Positions 1-9,982 of a DNA stretch of 64,000 nucleotides are shown here, piece by piece (position 1 is the stretch's first letter; each line of letters begins with the position of its first letter). The translations under genes were made by a program, and so were the position numbers. The DNA comes from Calditrichia bacterium (GTDB lineage: Bacteria > Calditrichota > Calditrichia > RBG-13-44-9 > J075): NCBI GenBank assembly GCA_050633245.1, contig JBOEGD010000027.1, positions 74,050 to 138,049 of the forward strand, in the 5' to 3' direction. The notes beneath the pieces are model-generated. The model searched no databases. It was given only the letters and a program-made list of their open reading frames with translations, and was not told where the DNA came from.

Positions 1-1047
1 TGAAACCATTTCTTAACGGATCTTCCGGATCAATAACAAATTGGTGTATTCCGGTGATATGCGCAGTTCCCTCAACCTCGGGAATCACCGCCTTATGAGA
101 ACCAAATGTTGTCTCACTTAAAACTCCGGCTTTGAAGTTACTGCCAATGAGACTCTCGATAATCATTGGCTTTTCACCAACCGCTATTTCTCCACGGGCA
201 TGGTGAATGGCCATGCGTGCGCTTACTCCCGTTCCTGTTGGACACCGATCGACTTCACCTTCGGCAAAAATACAAACATTGCGACTGCTATTTGTAGGGT
301 CTTCAGCAGGACCAATAAAAATTGTGCCGTATAAAAAATTTAAATCCGGTTCGAAAGGATGGTGGATATCGTAGTTTTTCATTACCGTGTGCTTAATCGC
401 CATTCCCCGTTCGATCAACAAACGATAGTCTTCTGCCACACAGCGAACGCCGGCGTCTTCGGCATTCACATAGGCATAAAATGCCCCCCCAAAGGCCAGG
501 TCGTAGCGAATACTTCCAAGACCAGGCACCTCAACCGTTTCATCGAGAGCAAGCACAAAAGAAGGTACATTATGAAAATATACGCTTCGGACTGAATTGT
601 TCTGCATGCGGGCATAGGCGGTTACAAGACCAGCCGGTGTATCAATACGAACGGCAGTTTCAGCACCTTCAGGCTCTATTAAACCAATCTCGACAGCTAC
701 CTTCGTTACAGCAATAATACCATGCCCACACATTGTGCTATACCCCTCATTGTGCAAAAAAAGCACGCCAAAATCGCCGGTCTCGCTTACTGGTGGCGTG
801 ATAAGGCATCCGTACATGTCGGCATGTCCACGTGGCTCCCACATTAAGGAACGCCTTAAATTATCATAATGCTCCTTTGCCTGACGGCGACGCTCCAAGA
901 TGGTTGTTCCGGTGAGCTCGGGGAAACCTGCGAGTATTACGCGCAACGGCTCGCCTTCCGTATGCGCATCGATGGTCCTTATTCCTACCCAATCGGATGG
1001 CGCCTTCCAGTTAAGCTCTGAAAGTCGTTGATAAAATTCGCTATTCA
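1..1047 (-). CDS. Proline racemase superfamily enzyme, probably trans-3-hydroxy-L-proline dehydratase (Cys/Thr type); 3' end runs off the window
   Basis: Manual reverse-strand translation from ATG at 1045-1047 gives MNSEFYQRL...; first catalytic motif GYSTMCGHG has Cys retained; second motif reads GEVDRCPTGTGVSARMA, so Thr sits where racemases/epimerases have the second catalytic Cys (DRSPCGTG). Not in the ORF track because it is open to the window edge. Confidence 0.6.
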
Positions 1048-1143
1048 TGAACATGTCCCTTTCAATTATGCTGGGAAATCTACCAATTGTATCCGATATT
1101 TCGAAACGACAAATAGAAATTCAGAATATTATAAGGAAACCTC

Positions 1144-1500
1144 ATGACTTCTAAGCCCTCACTTCTATTAGCAATCGCCTTTCTAATATTTGCTGTCATT
1201 CAATTTAATGATCCTGATCCTATGTTATGGGTTATGCTTTATAGTGCTGCTGCGGCTGTTTGTGCTCTAGATGCATTTGGACGTTTCGAAGAATCATTGA
1301 CTGTTGTTATGTTTGGAGTTTGCTTTGCAACCGCTGTTTTCTATGCACCAGCCATTGCCGAGTGGCTGACCTCGCCGGATCTATCCGAGCTATATGGCGA
1401 AATGAAGGCACAAAAGCCCTTTATTGAAGAGACGCGGGAAAGCCTTGGAGCACTTATCGCCGCGACGGGCTGTTTCTACGTTTTCCATAAAAATCGATGA
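1144..1500 (+). CDS. small integral membrane protein (about 4 TM helices), function unknown
   Basis: 118-aa ORF, strongly hydrophobic segments, AGGAAA upstream of ATG; 4-bp overlap with the downstream deacetylase gene. Confidence 0.45.
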   Translation: MTSKPSLLLAIAFLIFAVIQFNDPDPMLWVMLYSAAAAVCALDAFGRFEESLTVVMFGVCFATAVFYAPAIAEWLTSPDLSELYGEMKAQKPFIEETRESLGALIAATGCFYVFHKNR

Positions 1501-2444
1501 GGTTACCAATGCCCAGGCGCATTCTTCTCTACATAAGCATCCTTAGCTTTGCTGCTATAAATCTATTTTCGCAAACTCATAAAATGGCGCTTACCTTCGA
1601 TGATTTACCCGTTGGCAAGTCTGGTGGTTACACGCTGGCGCAAATGCACAATATTACGGACTCATTGCTTAGCGTATTAGCAAAAGACACGATTCCGGCG
1701 ATTGGCTTTGTAAATGAAAAACGCCTTTTGAAATTTGGCGAGGTCGACGAGCGCATTCAGATCCTGCAAAAGTGGTTAGATGCCGGTCTGGATTTAGGAA
1801 ATCATACCTTTTCACATCCGTCTTTGTTCAACACAGACTTGGTAACGTATCAGGAAGACCTCTTGCTGGGTGAACCGATTACCCGTAAGCTGCTTGATGA
1901 GAACAATAAAGAATTGCGCTACTTCCGGCACCCGTTTCTCAATACCGGTCCCACAGCAGAAATTCGAGATGCGTTCCATAGCTGGCTTGCAGCGCGAGGT
2001 TACACAATCGCTTTTGTTACGATTGATAATTCCGAGTGGATTTTTAACGCGGCCTTCGACAGGGCTCAAGGGATTGAGGCCAAACAGAAGGTTGGTGAAG
2101 CATATATAGACTATATGGATAAGCAAACTGCCTTTTGCGAATACGTCTCGCGGGAACTACTTGGTTACAACCTCCCCCACACCATGCTGCTGCATGCAAA
2201 TCGCATTAATGCACATTATCTCGATGAATTAATCGAGATGTGGCAAAAACGTGGATATCAGTTTATTCCCATTGATGAAGCGCTCAAAGACCCCGCCTAC
2301 CAAATGTCTGATAATTATGCCGGACGCTCCGGAGTTACCTGGCTGTATCGCTGGGCCTATGGAACAGAGAAGCAGCAGGCAATCGACTGGCGGAGTGAAC
2401 CTGAGGTGCCGGAGTTTGTTCTGCAGCTCTATTCCCTAAGGTAA
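1497..2444 (+). CDS. polysaccharide deacetylase (NodB-homology, carbohydrate esterase family 4-like), secreted
   Basis: Signal peptide; NodB motifs TFDDLP and HTFSHP in the 315-aa product. Confidence 0.7.
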   Translation: MRLPMPRRILLYISILSFAAINLFSQTHKMALTFDDLPVGKSGGYTLAQMHNITDSLLSVLAKDTIPAIGFVNEKRLLKFGEVDERIQILQKWLDAGLDLGNHTFSHPSLFNTDLVTYQEDLLLGEPITRKLLDENNKELRYFRHPFLNTGPTAEIRDAFHSWLAARGYTIAFVTIDNSEWIFNAAFDRAQGIEAKQKVGEAYIDYMDKQTAFCEYVSRELLGYNLPHTMLLHANRINAHYLDELIEMWQKRGYQFIPIDEALKDPAYQMSDNYAGRSGVTWLYRWAYGTEKQQAIDWRSEPEVPEFVLQLYSLR

Positions 2445-2498
2445 CAGGAGATTTATCGCTTTCAGTTTAGCCATTCAATTTCACAGGATTATTCCGCT

Positions 2499-5400
2499 AT
2501 GAGCAGATCACTCTCTACGCTTCTGGTCTTCTTGATTCTACTTTGTCTTCGCACAGCAATCTTGCCTCAGCAGCTGAACTTTACACAGCTGGGTACCGAC
2601 CAGGGACTCTCGCAAAGCAGCGTTCGCGCCATTATACAGGATCAGCATGGTTTTATGTGGTTCGGAACGGAGGATGGTCTCAATCGCTACGATGGTTACA
2701 CCTTCAAGGTATATCGTTCCAGTCCAACAAACCCTCAAAGCTTATGCAGCAACTGGATTAACCGTCTGATGGAGGATGAATCCGGTTTGATATGGATCGG
2801 AACGCCCAACGGCCTGTCTGTGTTAAACCCTGAGACAGAGCAGTTCTTTTCATTTTTTGCATCGGCATCAGACTCAACATCCCTGACAAGTTCATTGATT
2901 ACTGCTTTATTTCAAGACAACCAGTCCAACATATTTGTCGGCACCAACAACGGATTAAATCGCCTGAATCCTTCATCCACACCACGATCTGAATGGAAAT
3001 TCGAGCCTTTTCCAAATAGTGACTCATTCAATACGACAGGCCCAAAGGGCGGAATTATTCAATCCATCTGTGAAGATGCTTTCGGGCGGATCTGGTTTAG
3101 TGCACAGCAGCGAGATGTGGAGACGTCCCTTGACACGGGCGCATTAAACAGCTTTAATCCATCGGATAGGTCGTTTAAACAATATTATCACCAGCCGGAA
3201 AATAGCAATAGCCTCAGTAGCAGTGCGGTAAAATCAGTATTTTTCGATTCGTTCGGAACGTTATGGGTTGGAACCGTTGAGGGCGGCTTAAACCGAATAC
3301 ACTTTGATGAAAATGGCACCTTCCATAAGGTGAGACGCTTTCTGGCAGATACCGGGGATCCATCAAGTATCCCGCATAAGTACATCAATAAGATTACTCA
3401 GGATAAAAACGAGACTATCTGGGTTGCGACATATGACGGAATCGCTCGTTTTCTTCCGAAAACACAGAGCTTCCAAAGCTTTCGTTACGACGCCAAAAAC
3501 TCGACTAGTATCGCAGCACCTCATGTATTGGACTTAATGGCGGATCAGTGGAATAACCTGTGGATTACTACGGGAACCGGCTTAAGTATCCACTTTCCGC
3601 GAACAAAGAAGTTCAGGAACTATCTTCCGGATAAGGAGAATACCAATACGATTATCAACGGTGATATTTTTGGTATGCTTGAAGACAGTGATGGCGAAGT
3701 ATGGTGTGCAAGCTATGGATCGGGTCTTTCGCGAATCATTCCTCAGTCCGGGGGTAAGGAAAAAGTAGTTTCCTACTCCACCTCCAGTCATAACACATCT
3801 ATTCTCCCAACAAACCACCTTCTGGATATAAAACAAGCCCCCGACAACACTATATGGCTCGCTACATTTGGCGGTTTGCTAAAGATTAGCAAAAAAAGCG
3901 GTTCGGATAAAATCCTTCTGGATAGATTTCTACCAACTGATGATATCAAAACCTCCCTGTCATCCCCCTACTTTCTTACTACAAACCTGCATAGTGCAAA
4001 TGGTTTTATAGCAAAGACCTATCGCTCTGGGATAGATAGGATTTCGTTTAACAACAAAACATTAGTCGCGAGCAATATTGCCTTCATTGGCTTAGAAGAA
4101 GTTGACTCGCTAAAAATTCTTCCGGAATCCACTACCGACAATAGGGGAGAAGCATGGATAATCACGCCAGCCAGACTTTTTTTCGTAAAGGACATCATGG
4201 CAACCGAGCCGACCTCAACTCCGGTTGTTTTTGATAATATCAAGTGGCGCCAGATTCTGGCTCAGGATATCAAATCGATTTTTCGTTCCGAGGCGAATAC
4301 ACTATGGCTTGGAACAACCAATGGATTGGCCAAAGCCACGTTTAGTGATGATCCGGGTACCGGGAATGTTGATACGCTTCATGCGACCGTTCGGTTCTTT
4401 ACTGACCGCGAGGGTTTGCCAAACAATACCATTTATGCCATTGAGTCTGATAATAAGGGCAACCTGTGGATGAGCACCAACAAAGGGTTGTCGAAGTTTT
4501 CCCCCATAGAAAACACTTTCAGAAATTTCGACGTTTCAGATGGCCTTTTCGGCAATGAGTTCAATGAACAATCCGTAACAAAGGGACATGATGGGACACT
4601 CTATTTTGCAGGGATAAAAGGGTTTGTCAAGTTTCACCCAGATTCGATAACTGATAATCCACATGCACCACCTGTAAAAATTACTCGTTTACAAATAATG
4701 AACAACACGGTGGCTTTCGATCCAGCCGGAGAGTCATATTTAAAGCAGCCTATTGAAACCACTAAAGAATTAACATTGTCTCATAGAGACTATTATGTGA
4801 CACTTGAGTTTTCAGCATTAAATTTCAACAGTCCTGAAAAAAATCAGTATGAATACAAACTTGAAGGCTTCCATGATGAATGGATTCACCTCGGCCATCA
4901 ACGACAGGCAACATTTACAAACCTGAACTCCGGTACCTATATTTTTAGGGTAAGAGGAAGCAATAATGATGGTGTATGGAGTTCAGAAGAGACGACCTTA
5001 AAAATACGGGTTCTTCCACCCCCCTGGAAGTCCTGGTGGGCATACACTGCCTACCTCCTGCTTGCAGTAGCACTATTATTTGTTTATACCAGAAGCCATA
5101 GAAAAAAACTCGACGCAGAAGTGGAAGTAAAACTAAAAATAGCCGAAGCAAAAAGAGAAGAACGCGAACGGGTACGTAAACGGACATCTCAGGATTTCCA
5201 CGATGAAGCAGGCAACCGCCTGACCAGGATAAATCTGATTAGCGAAGTCGCGTCGCAAAAATATGGCAAGAACAAAGAGCTGCAGGAATATCTGGAGAAG
5301 ATCAAGCAGAATACACGTGAGCTCTCTTCGGGAATGAGGGACTTTCTTTGGACACTCGATACAGAAAAGGATACGCTGCTGGACCTGGTAGAGCGTTTGG

Positions 5401-5786
5401 AAAGTTTCGGCAATGCAATGTTTCAGTATACCGATACACGTTTTTTAGTTGAAGCCCGGCGCCAAACATTCAACGAAGTTGGGTTGCCAATGGAATTGCA
5501 GCGCTCAATACTGCTGATATTTAAGGAAGCAATGAATAATGTGCTAAAATATGCTGCCGCTTCCGTTGTTTCTTTAACGATAAAATCAGAAGAAGCCGCA
5601 ATTTTCATAGAGCTATCTGACGATGGGAAAGGCTTTGAACTTCCTGCCTCCGGAGATGGCTATGGCATTAAGAATATGACAGCGCGAGCGAAGAAGATCA
5701 ATGGTTCCTTTTCGCTGCAAACAAATGAAGGCCAGGGAACAAAGATCACATTGATTTTATCACTTCCCCAGAGTGACAAAACCTGA
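2499..5786 (+). CDS. sensor histidine kinase with periplasmic two-component-regulator beta-propeller/Y_Y_Y repeats, one TM helix, HisKA_3 (DFHDEAGNRLT) and HATPase_c; no receiver or HTH domain
   Basis: 1095-aa ORF; repeated ...G(T/L)xxGLxxxd... propeller motifs; TM near residue 850; H-box FHDEAGNRLTRI; ATPase G-boxes near the C-terminus. Confidence 0.75.
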   Translation: MSRSLSTLLVFLILLCLRTAILPQQLNFTQLGTDQGLSQSSVRAIIQDQHGFMWFGTEDGLNRYDGYTFKVYRSSPTNPQSLCSNWINRLMEDESGLIWIGTPNGLSVLNPETEQFFSFFASASDSTSLTSSLITALFQDNQSNIFVGTNNGLNRLNPSSTPRSEWKFEPFPNSDSFNTTGPKGGIIQSICEDAFGRIWFSAQQRDVETSLDTGALNSFNPSDRSFKQYYHQPENSNSLSSSAVKSVFFDSFGTLWVGTVEGGLNRIHFDENGTFHKVRRFLADTGDPSSIPHKYINKITQDKNETIWVATYDGIARFLPKTQSFQSFRYDAKNSTSIAAPHVLDLMADQWNNLWITTGTGLSIHFPRTKKFRNYLPDKENTNTIINGDIFGMLEDSDGEVWCASYGSGLSRIIPQSGGKEKVVSYSTSSHNTSILPTNHLLDIKQAPDNTIWLATFGGLLKISKKSGSDKILLDRFLPTDDIKTSLSSPYFLTTNLHSANGFIAKTYRSGIDRISFNNKTLVASNIAFIGLEEVDSLKILPESTTDNRGEAWIITPARLFFVKDIMATEPTSTPVVFDNIKWRQILAQDIKSIFRSEANTLWLGTTNGLAKATFSDDPGTGNVDTLHATVRFFTDREGLPNNTIYAIESDNKGNLWMSTNKGLSKFSPIENTFRNFDVSDGLFGNEFNEQSVTKGHDGTLYFAGIKGFVKFHPDSITDNPHAPPVKITRLQIMNNTVAFDPAGESYLKQPIETTKELTLSHRDYYVTLEFSALNFNSPEKNQYEYKLEGFHDEWIHLGHQRQATFTNLNSGTYIFRVRGSNNDGVWSSEETTLKIRVLPPPWKSWWAYTAYLLLAVALLFVYTRSHRKKLDAEVEVKLKIAEAKREERERVRKRTSQDFHDEAGNRLTRINLISEVASQKYGKNKELQEYLEKIKQNTRELSSGMRDFLWTLDTEKDTLLDLVERLESFGNAMFQYTDTRFLVEARRQTFNEVGLPMELQRSILLIFKEAMNNVLKYAAASVVSLTIKSEEAAIFIELSDDGKGFELPASGDGYGIKNMTARAKKINGSFSLQTNEGQGTKITLILSLPQSDKT

Positions 5787-5796
5787 AGTCAGAACT

Positions 5797-7422
5797 TCAT
5801 TTTAAGAGAATCATCTTCCGAGTAAGACTTTGGTTTCCAACAGTAAGACGATAGAAGTAAATACCGCCAGCCAAATCAGACGAATCAAACGAAATTGTAT
5901 GATCACCTACCTGCTTTCTACTATCAACTAATGTAGCGACTGAATGCCCAAGCAGGTCAAAAACGGTCAGCTTCACCGGCGCTGCTTTTTCCAGCGAAAA
6001 GCGAATCGTGGTAGACGGGTTGAATGGATTGGGATAGTTCTGCGCCAAAGTAAAACCGCCAGCGACATTTTCTGAAACCGGTGAAATTCCAACCGGCGTA
6101 TTTTCAAAACCAATCATTAGCTTTGCCAGATCTGCACGTTGGCGAATTTCGGTGATCGCATCCAGAGCAGTACTCCCCTGAGCAACCACATAAGCCATAA
6201 TCACATCCTGAGTATCCCCTTTGGCCATATCAAATGCTGCAGTGCTTAGCAACATTCGTCTGTCTCCGCTCCAATTTGTGCGCCAACCAGTCTCGCTCAC
6301 CGGATCACCACTGTAGAAGAAGCGACAGTCCGTATTTTGTGTGGCGCCAATTCCCCAAAACATAGGATCAATTGGATAGCCAATTGCAGACAGACATCCC
6401 TCACCATAATTACGTACAACTCTGGCAGTTGTTGGATCACTGAGGATTGGATCTCCGCCAACGTATTCAATAAAAGACTGAACCGGTTGGTTTCGTGCAT
6501 TGTTTATCGTATCTAATCCACAAAAATCTCCCTGATAGCGATAGGCAGTTTCTCCGAAAGAAGAGACAACCGGCCCTTGCAACAACACAATGCCAAAAGC
6601 TGGTGGTGTTGTACCGTAAATTTGATCTATGCTATCATTGTAGCAATATGACATTTGTCTTGCAATATCGCAACCGATTCTATCCGTTTCAAAATCACCA
6701 ATATCAGGGTCTGCAGTAAAGGTCAGAATTGCGCCATTTATAGCTGCAACACCTCTATTAATCAGACGATAGCGAAAAAATATTATATCTGCCTCATCTC
6801 CCGGACCGGCATATCCCCAGATAGTTTGATGAACTTCAATACTAAGTGGAGGGGTTAGTAAGCGGGGTGTTCGCTGGGCAACTGAGGTGACGTCATTATA
6901 GACTGTCCATAGTGTTTTATCTCCGAGAAGATCCGGTTTATCCACATTCGGATTGTACTCACCATTGCCGTCCAAATCCTGATATTCAGCGCCGGCCCGT
7001 ACCGCCTTTTCCCAGGCAATATAGTTTGTACTACCAAAGGTATCGTCAGATGTAACCTCGTAAATCCCATCAAGTGAGTCCAGAGGGTTTCCTGAGATAG
7101 GACCTGGCCTAAACTCATCAATAAGGGATACTCTGGCACTCCACGCCGTTCGCAGATTTCCATTTACATAGCCGGTAAGTCCAAGACCAGCAGAGAAAAG
7201 AAACTTTTTGTCACTGCCTGCCGGATAAACACCACCATTAAAATGTGCCAGTGCACCAGCATTGTCTACAGCGAGTTCGATATTATTCACATCCATTGTA
7301 TCGATAGCTGTTTGAAATTGACTCGCTTTTATTAACGGCTTTTTTGACAGCTGTTGCTGTGCCAGCGCCGCAAAAGAGAAAAAAAGTATATAGCAAACAA
7401 TAAAATGCTTTGTCCAGCTCAT
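5797..7422 (-). CDS. secreted protein with T9SS type-A C-terminal sorting domain (paralog 1 of a tandem pair)
   Basis: ORF track 5797..7434 uses a GTG start; ATG at 7422 gives signal peptide MSWTKHFIVCYILFFSFAALAQQ; C-terminus ...NYPNPFNPSTTIRFSL...YFYRLTVGNQSLTRKMILLK is Por_Secre_tail-like; about 75% identical to the upstream ORF. Confidence 0.7.
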   Translation of the reverse strand: MSWTKHFIVCYILFFSFAALAQQQLSKKPLIKASQFQTAIDTMDVNNIELAVDNAGALAHFNGGVYPAGSDKKFLFSAGLGLTGYVNGNLRTAWSARVSLIDEFRPGPISGNPLDSLDGIYEVTSDDTFGSTNYIAWEKAVRAGAEYQDLDGNGEYNPNVDKPDLLGDKTLWTVYNDVTSVAQRTPRLLTPPLSIEVHQTIWGYAGPGDEADIIFFRYRLINRGVAAINGAILTFTADPDIGDFETDRIGCDIARQMSYCYNDSIDQIYGTTPPAFGIVLLQGPVVSSFGETAYRYQGDFCGLDTINNARNQPVQSFIEYVGGDPILSDPTTARVVRNYGEGCLSAIGYPIDPMFWGIGATQNTDCRFFYSGDPVSETGWRTNWSGDRRMLLSTAAFDMAKGDTQDVIMAYVVAQGSTALDAITEIRQRADLAKLMIGFENTPVGISPVSENVAGGFTLAQNYPNPFNPSTTIRFSLEKAAPVKLTVFDLLGHSVATLVDSRKQVGDHTISFDSSDLAGGIYFYRLTVGNQSLTRKMILLK

Positions 7423-7441
7423 AGGGATTTCCACTTCTGAT

Positions 7442-7469
7442 CTTTGAACTTTGAACTTTGAACTTTGAA
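7442..7469. repeat. heptanucleotide tandem repeat (CTTTGAA)x4 in the 42-bp spacer between the two T9SS paralogs
   Basis: Read directly from sequence: ctttgaactttgaactttgaactttgaa; sits 20-50 nt upstream of the paralog-1 start on the minus strand. Confidence 0.9.
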
Positions 7470-7476
7470 CTCTTAG

Positions 7477-9102
7477 TTATTTCAATAGAATCATTTTGCG
7501 AGTCAGGCTTTCGCTTCCTACGGTCAGGCGGTAAAAATAAATACCACCGGCTAAGTTTGACGCATCAAACGAAATTGCATGATCACCCACCTGCTTTCTA
7601 CTATCGACTAATGTAGCGACTGATTGTCCAAGGAGGTCGAAAACAGTCAGCTTCACCGACCCAGTTTTTTGCAGTGAAAAGTGAATCGCGGTAGACGGGT
7701 TAAATGGATTGGGATAGTTCTGCGCCAAAGTAAATCTGCCAGCTAAACTTTCTGAAACCGGTGAAATTCCGACTGGCGTATTTTCGAAACCAATAAATGC
7801 TTTTGCCAGATCGGCACGCTGGCGAATTTCGGTAATGGCATCCAATGGGTCGGCGCCCTGGGCAACAACATAGGCCATTATCACATCCTGGGTGTCGCCT
7901 TTGGCCATATTAAACCAGTCAGTGCTTAATAACATTCGTTTGTCTCCGGGCGCATTGGCAAGCCAACCGGTAGCTGTTACCGGATCGCCTGGGTACAAAA
8001 AGCGGCAGTCAGAAGCACTCGTGCCACCGGTTCCCCAATACGTTGGGTCGATTGACATTCCATGTGCATCTAAACAGCCCTCTCCATAGTTTCGAACAAC
8101 CTGCGATTTGTATGGATCCGGCAATAGCGGATCTCCTCCAATAAATTCGAGAAAAGACTGAATCGGCTGATTTCTGGCATTCGAGATGGTATCATAACCA
8201 AAGAATTCTCCCTGATAACGATACGCTACCTCACCCGGACTGGGGGTAATCGGTCCCTGTAACAATACGATACCAAAAGCCGGAGGTTTATCGCCATAAA
8301 CCAAATCATTCCCATTATTGAAAGCGTAGGCCATTTGCCTCGAAACGTCGCAGCCTAACAAGTCATCTTCAAAATCGCCAATATCCGGATCGGCGGTAAA
8401 TGTAAAAATTGCTTCTTCGATAGCAGATACACCTTTATTGATAATCCGATAGCGACAAAAAAGAATATCTGACTCAGAGCCGGAGCCACCATATCCCCAA
8501 AGTGATTGATGTATTTCTACATTTAAAGGGTTTGTCAGAAGGCGAGGTGTTCGCTGTGCCAGACTCGTCACATCATTGTAAACGGTCCAAAGTGTTTTAT
8601 CACCGATTAAATCCGGGCGATCGACATTGGGATTATATCGGCCGTCGTTATTTAGGTCCTGAAACTCAGCCCCGGCCAATACGGCCATACTCCACGCAAT
8701 ATAATTTGCGCTGCCAAAGGTATCAGATGCAGTGACCGCATAAACTCCCTCAAGAGAATCCAGTGGATTATTTGCCATGTGTCCAGGCTTAAATTCATCG
8801 AGCAGAGATGCACGTGCCGTCCATGCAGTGCGAAGAGAATCGCCAACATAGCCGGTAAGACCAAGGCCGCCAACGAAAAGAAAAGTCTGCCCACTTCCTG
8901 CAGGGTAATCCCCGGCATTATAAAATGCGAGTGCACCTGCATTGTCCACGGCAAGCTCAATGTTATTCACATCCATGGTATCAATAGCTGTTTGAAAATG
9001 GCTTTTGTGTGGCAATTCTTTTTTAGCATTTCCCTGTGCAAACAATAGTCCGGTAAGGAAAATTAAAAAAACAATCTTAAGGCAGATCGCTATACGAAAC
9101 AT
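7477..9102 (-). CDS. secreted protein with T9SS type-A C-terminal sorting domain (paralog 2)
   Basis: 541-aa ORF with signal peptide; C-terminus NYPNPFNPSTAIHFSL...FYRLTVGSESLTRKMILLK; collinear with paralog 1 over its whole length. Confidence 0.7.
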   Translation of the reverse strand: MFRIAICLKIVFLIFLTGLLFAQGNAKKELPHKSHFQTAIDTMDVNNIELAVDNAGALAFYNAGDYPAGSGQTFLFVGGLGLTGYVGDSLRTAWTARASLLDEFKPGHMANNPLDSLEGVYAVTASDTFGSANYIAWSMAVLAGAEFQDLNNDGRYNPNVDRPDLIGDKTLWTVYNDVTSLAQRTPRLLTNPLNVEIHQSLWGYGGSGSESDILFCRYRIINKGVSAIEEAIFTFTADPDIGDFEDDLLGCDVSRQMAYAFNNGNDLVYGDKPPAFGIVLLQGPITPSPGEVAYRYQGEFFGYDTISNARNQPIQSFLEFIGGDPLLPDPYKSQVVRNYGEGCLDAHGMSIDPTYWGTGGTSASDCRFLYPGDPVTATGWLANAPGDKRMLLSTDWFNMAKGDTQDVIMAYVVAQGADPLDAITEIRQRADLAKAFIGFENTPVGISPVSESLAGRFTLAQNYPNPFNPSTAIHFSLQKTGSVKLTVFDLLGQSVATLVDSRKQVGDHAISFDASNLAGGIYFYRLTVGSESLTRKMILLK

Positions 9103-9310
9103 ATTGCACCTTTTTAAGCCTATTCGAGGAAAGAGCTAAGATTCTTACACTTATTTTAACTATAAGTGGTAGTGCAAAATAATTTGACACTTGGAATGGT
9201 CACCTTGAGCGGCGTCGCAAGATCCCCAAAGCACGTATAGACTTCGACTACACTCAGTCCGACATAATTGGAAACACCATTTTTTTCGAATAAGTTTGTC
9301 GCATCATTTA

Positions 9311-9982
9311 TTATCCGATTCTCTTCAGAAATGCTTCTCTCCACGTGGCGCCAATCGAGATAGATTTTTCTCCCACATGAACATGATTATCTTCAATGCG
9401 ATCAATCCATTGTAACGAAACCACAAATGATCGATGGATCTGATGAAACAACCCAACGGGAAGTTGTTCCAGGGCGTCCTTGATCGACGCACGCACCAAT
9501 ACCTCCTCTTTCGAAGTAACATAGGCAATGTAGTTGCCCTTACTCTCAAGGTAGCAGATATCGTCAAAATGCAGCTTGCGTTTTTGATTACCACTGTTTA
9601 CAAAGAAAAAATCACCCTGGCTGGAAGGCGTCATGCGTTCCTTTGCCTTGCTTACCGCCTGAAAGAAGCGGGCAAAGGCAAATGGCTTTAGCAAGTAGTC
9701 TACGGCCTCATATTCATAGCTTTCAATTGCATATTCACTATGAGCAGTCGTAAAGATTATGAGCGATTTTTTACCGAGATACTTCAGTAACTCCATGCCG
9801 TTGATATCAGGCATATTGATATCCAGCAGCAATAGATCGACACTATTTTCCTTTAAATAGGTAATCGCTTTAAATGGCTCGGTAAAGGTCTTTTCAAGAT
9901 CCAGAAAATCGATGCGATCAGCATGCTTTTCTATGATTTCCAATGCCCGTGGCTCATCGTCAATTGCAATACAACGTATCAT
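9311..9982 (-). CDS. LytTR-family two-component response regulator (REC + LytTR DNA-binding domain)
   Basis: N-terminal receiver with conserved Asp (IDDEP...LLLDINMP); C-terminal LytTR-type domain; start overlaps the stop of the kinase gene (ATGA). Confidence 0.8.
   Translation of the reverse strand: MIRCIAIDDEPRALEIIEKHADRIDFLDLEKTFTEPFKAITYLKENSVDLLLLDINMPDINGMELLKYLGKKSLIIFTTAHSEYAIESYEYEAVDYLLKPFAFARFFQAVSKAKERMTPSSQGDFFFVNSGNQKRKLHFDDICYLESKGNYIAYVTSKEEVLVRASIKDALEQLPVGLFHQIHRSFVVSLQWIDRIEDNHVHVGEKSISIGATWREAFLKRIG

Noticed and set aside
1812-2126. Numerous 60-170 aa antisense or alternate-frame ORFs nested inside large genes (e.g. 1812..2126, 16676..17194, 17612..18106, 26098..26691, 31778..32263, 44411..44716)
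   Set aside because: They overlap well-supported longer genes with recognisable motifs and have no motifs of their own. They are treated as spurious translations.
5784-5799. Mini hairpin TGAAGTCAGAACTTCA spanning the stop codons of two convergent genes
   Set aside because: The stem is only 5 bp and overlaps the coding ends. It is too weak to call a bidirectional terminator.
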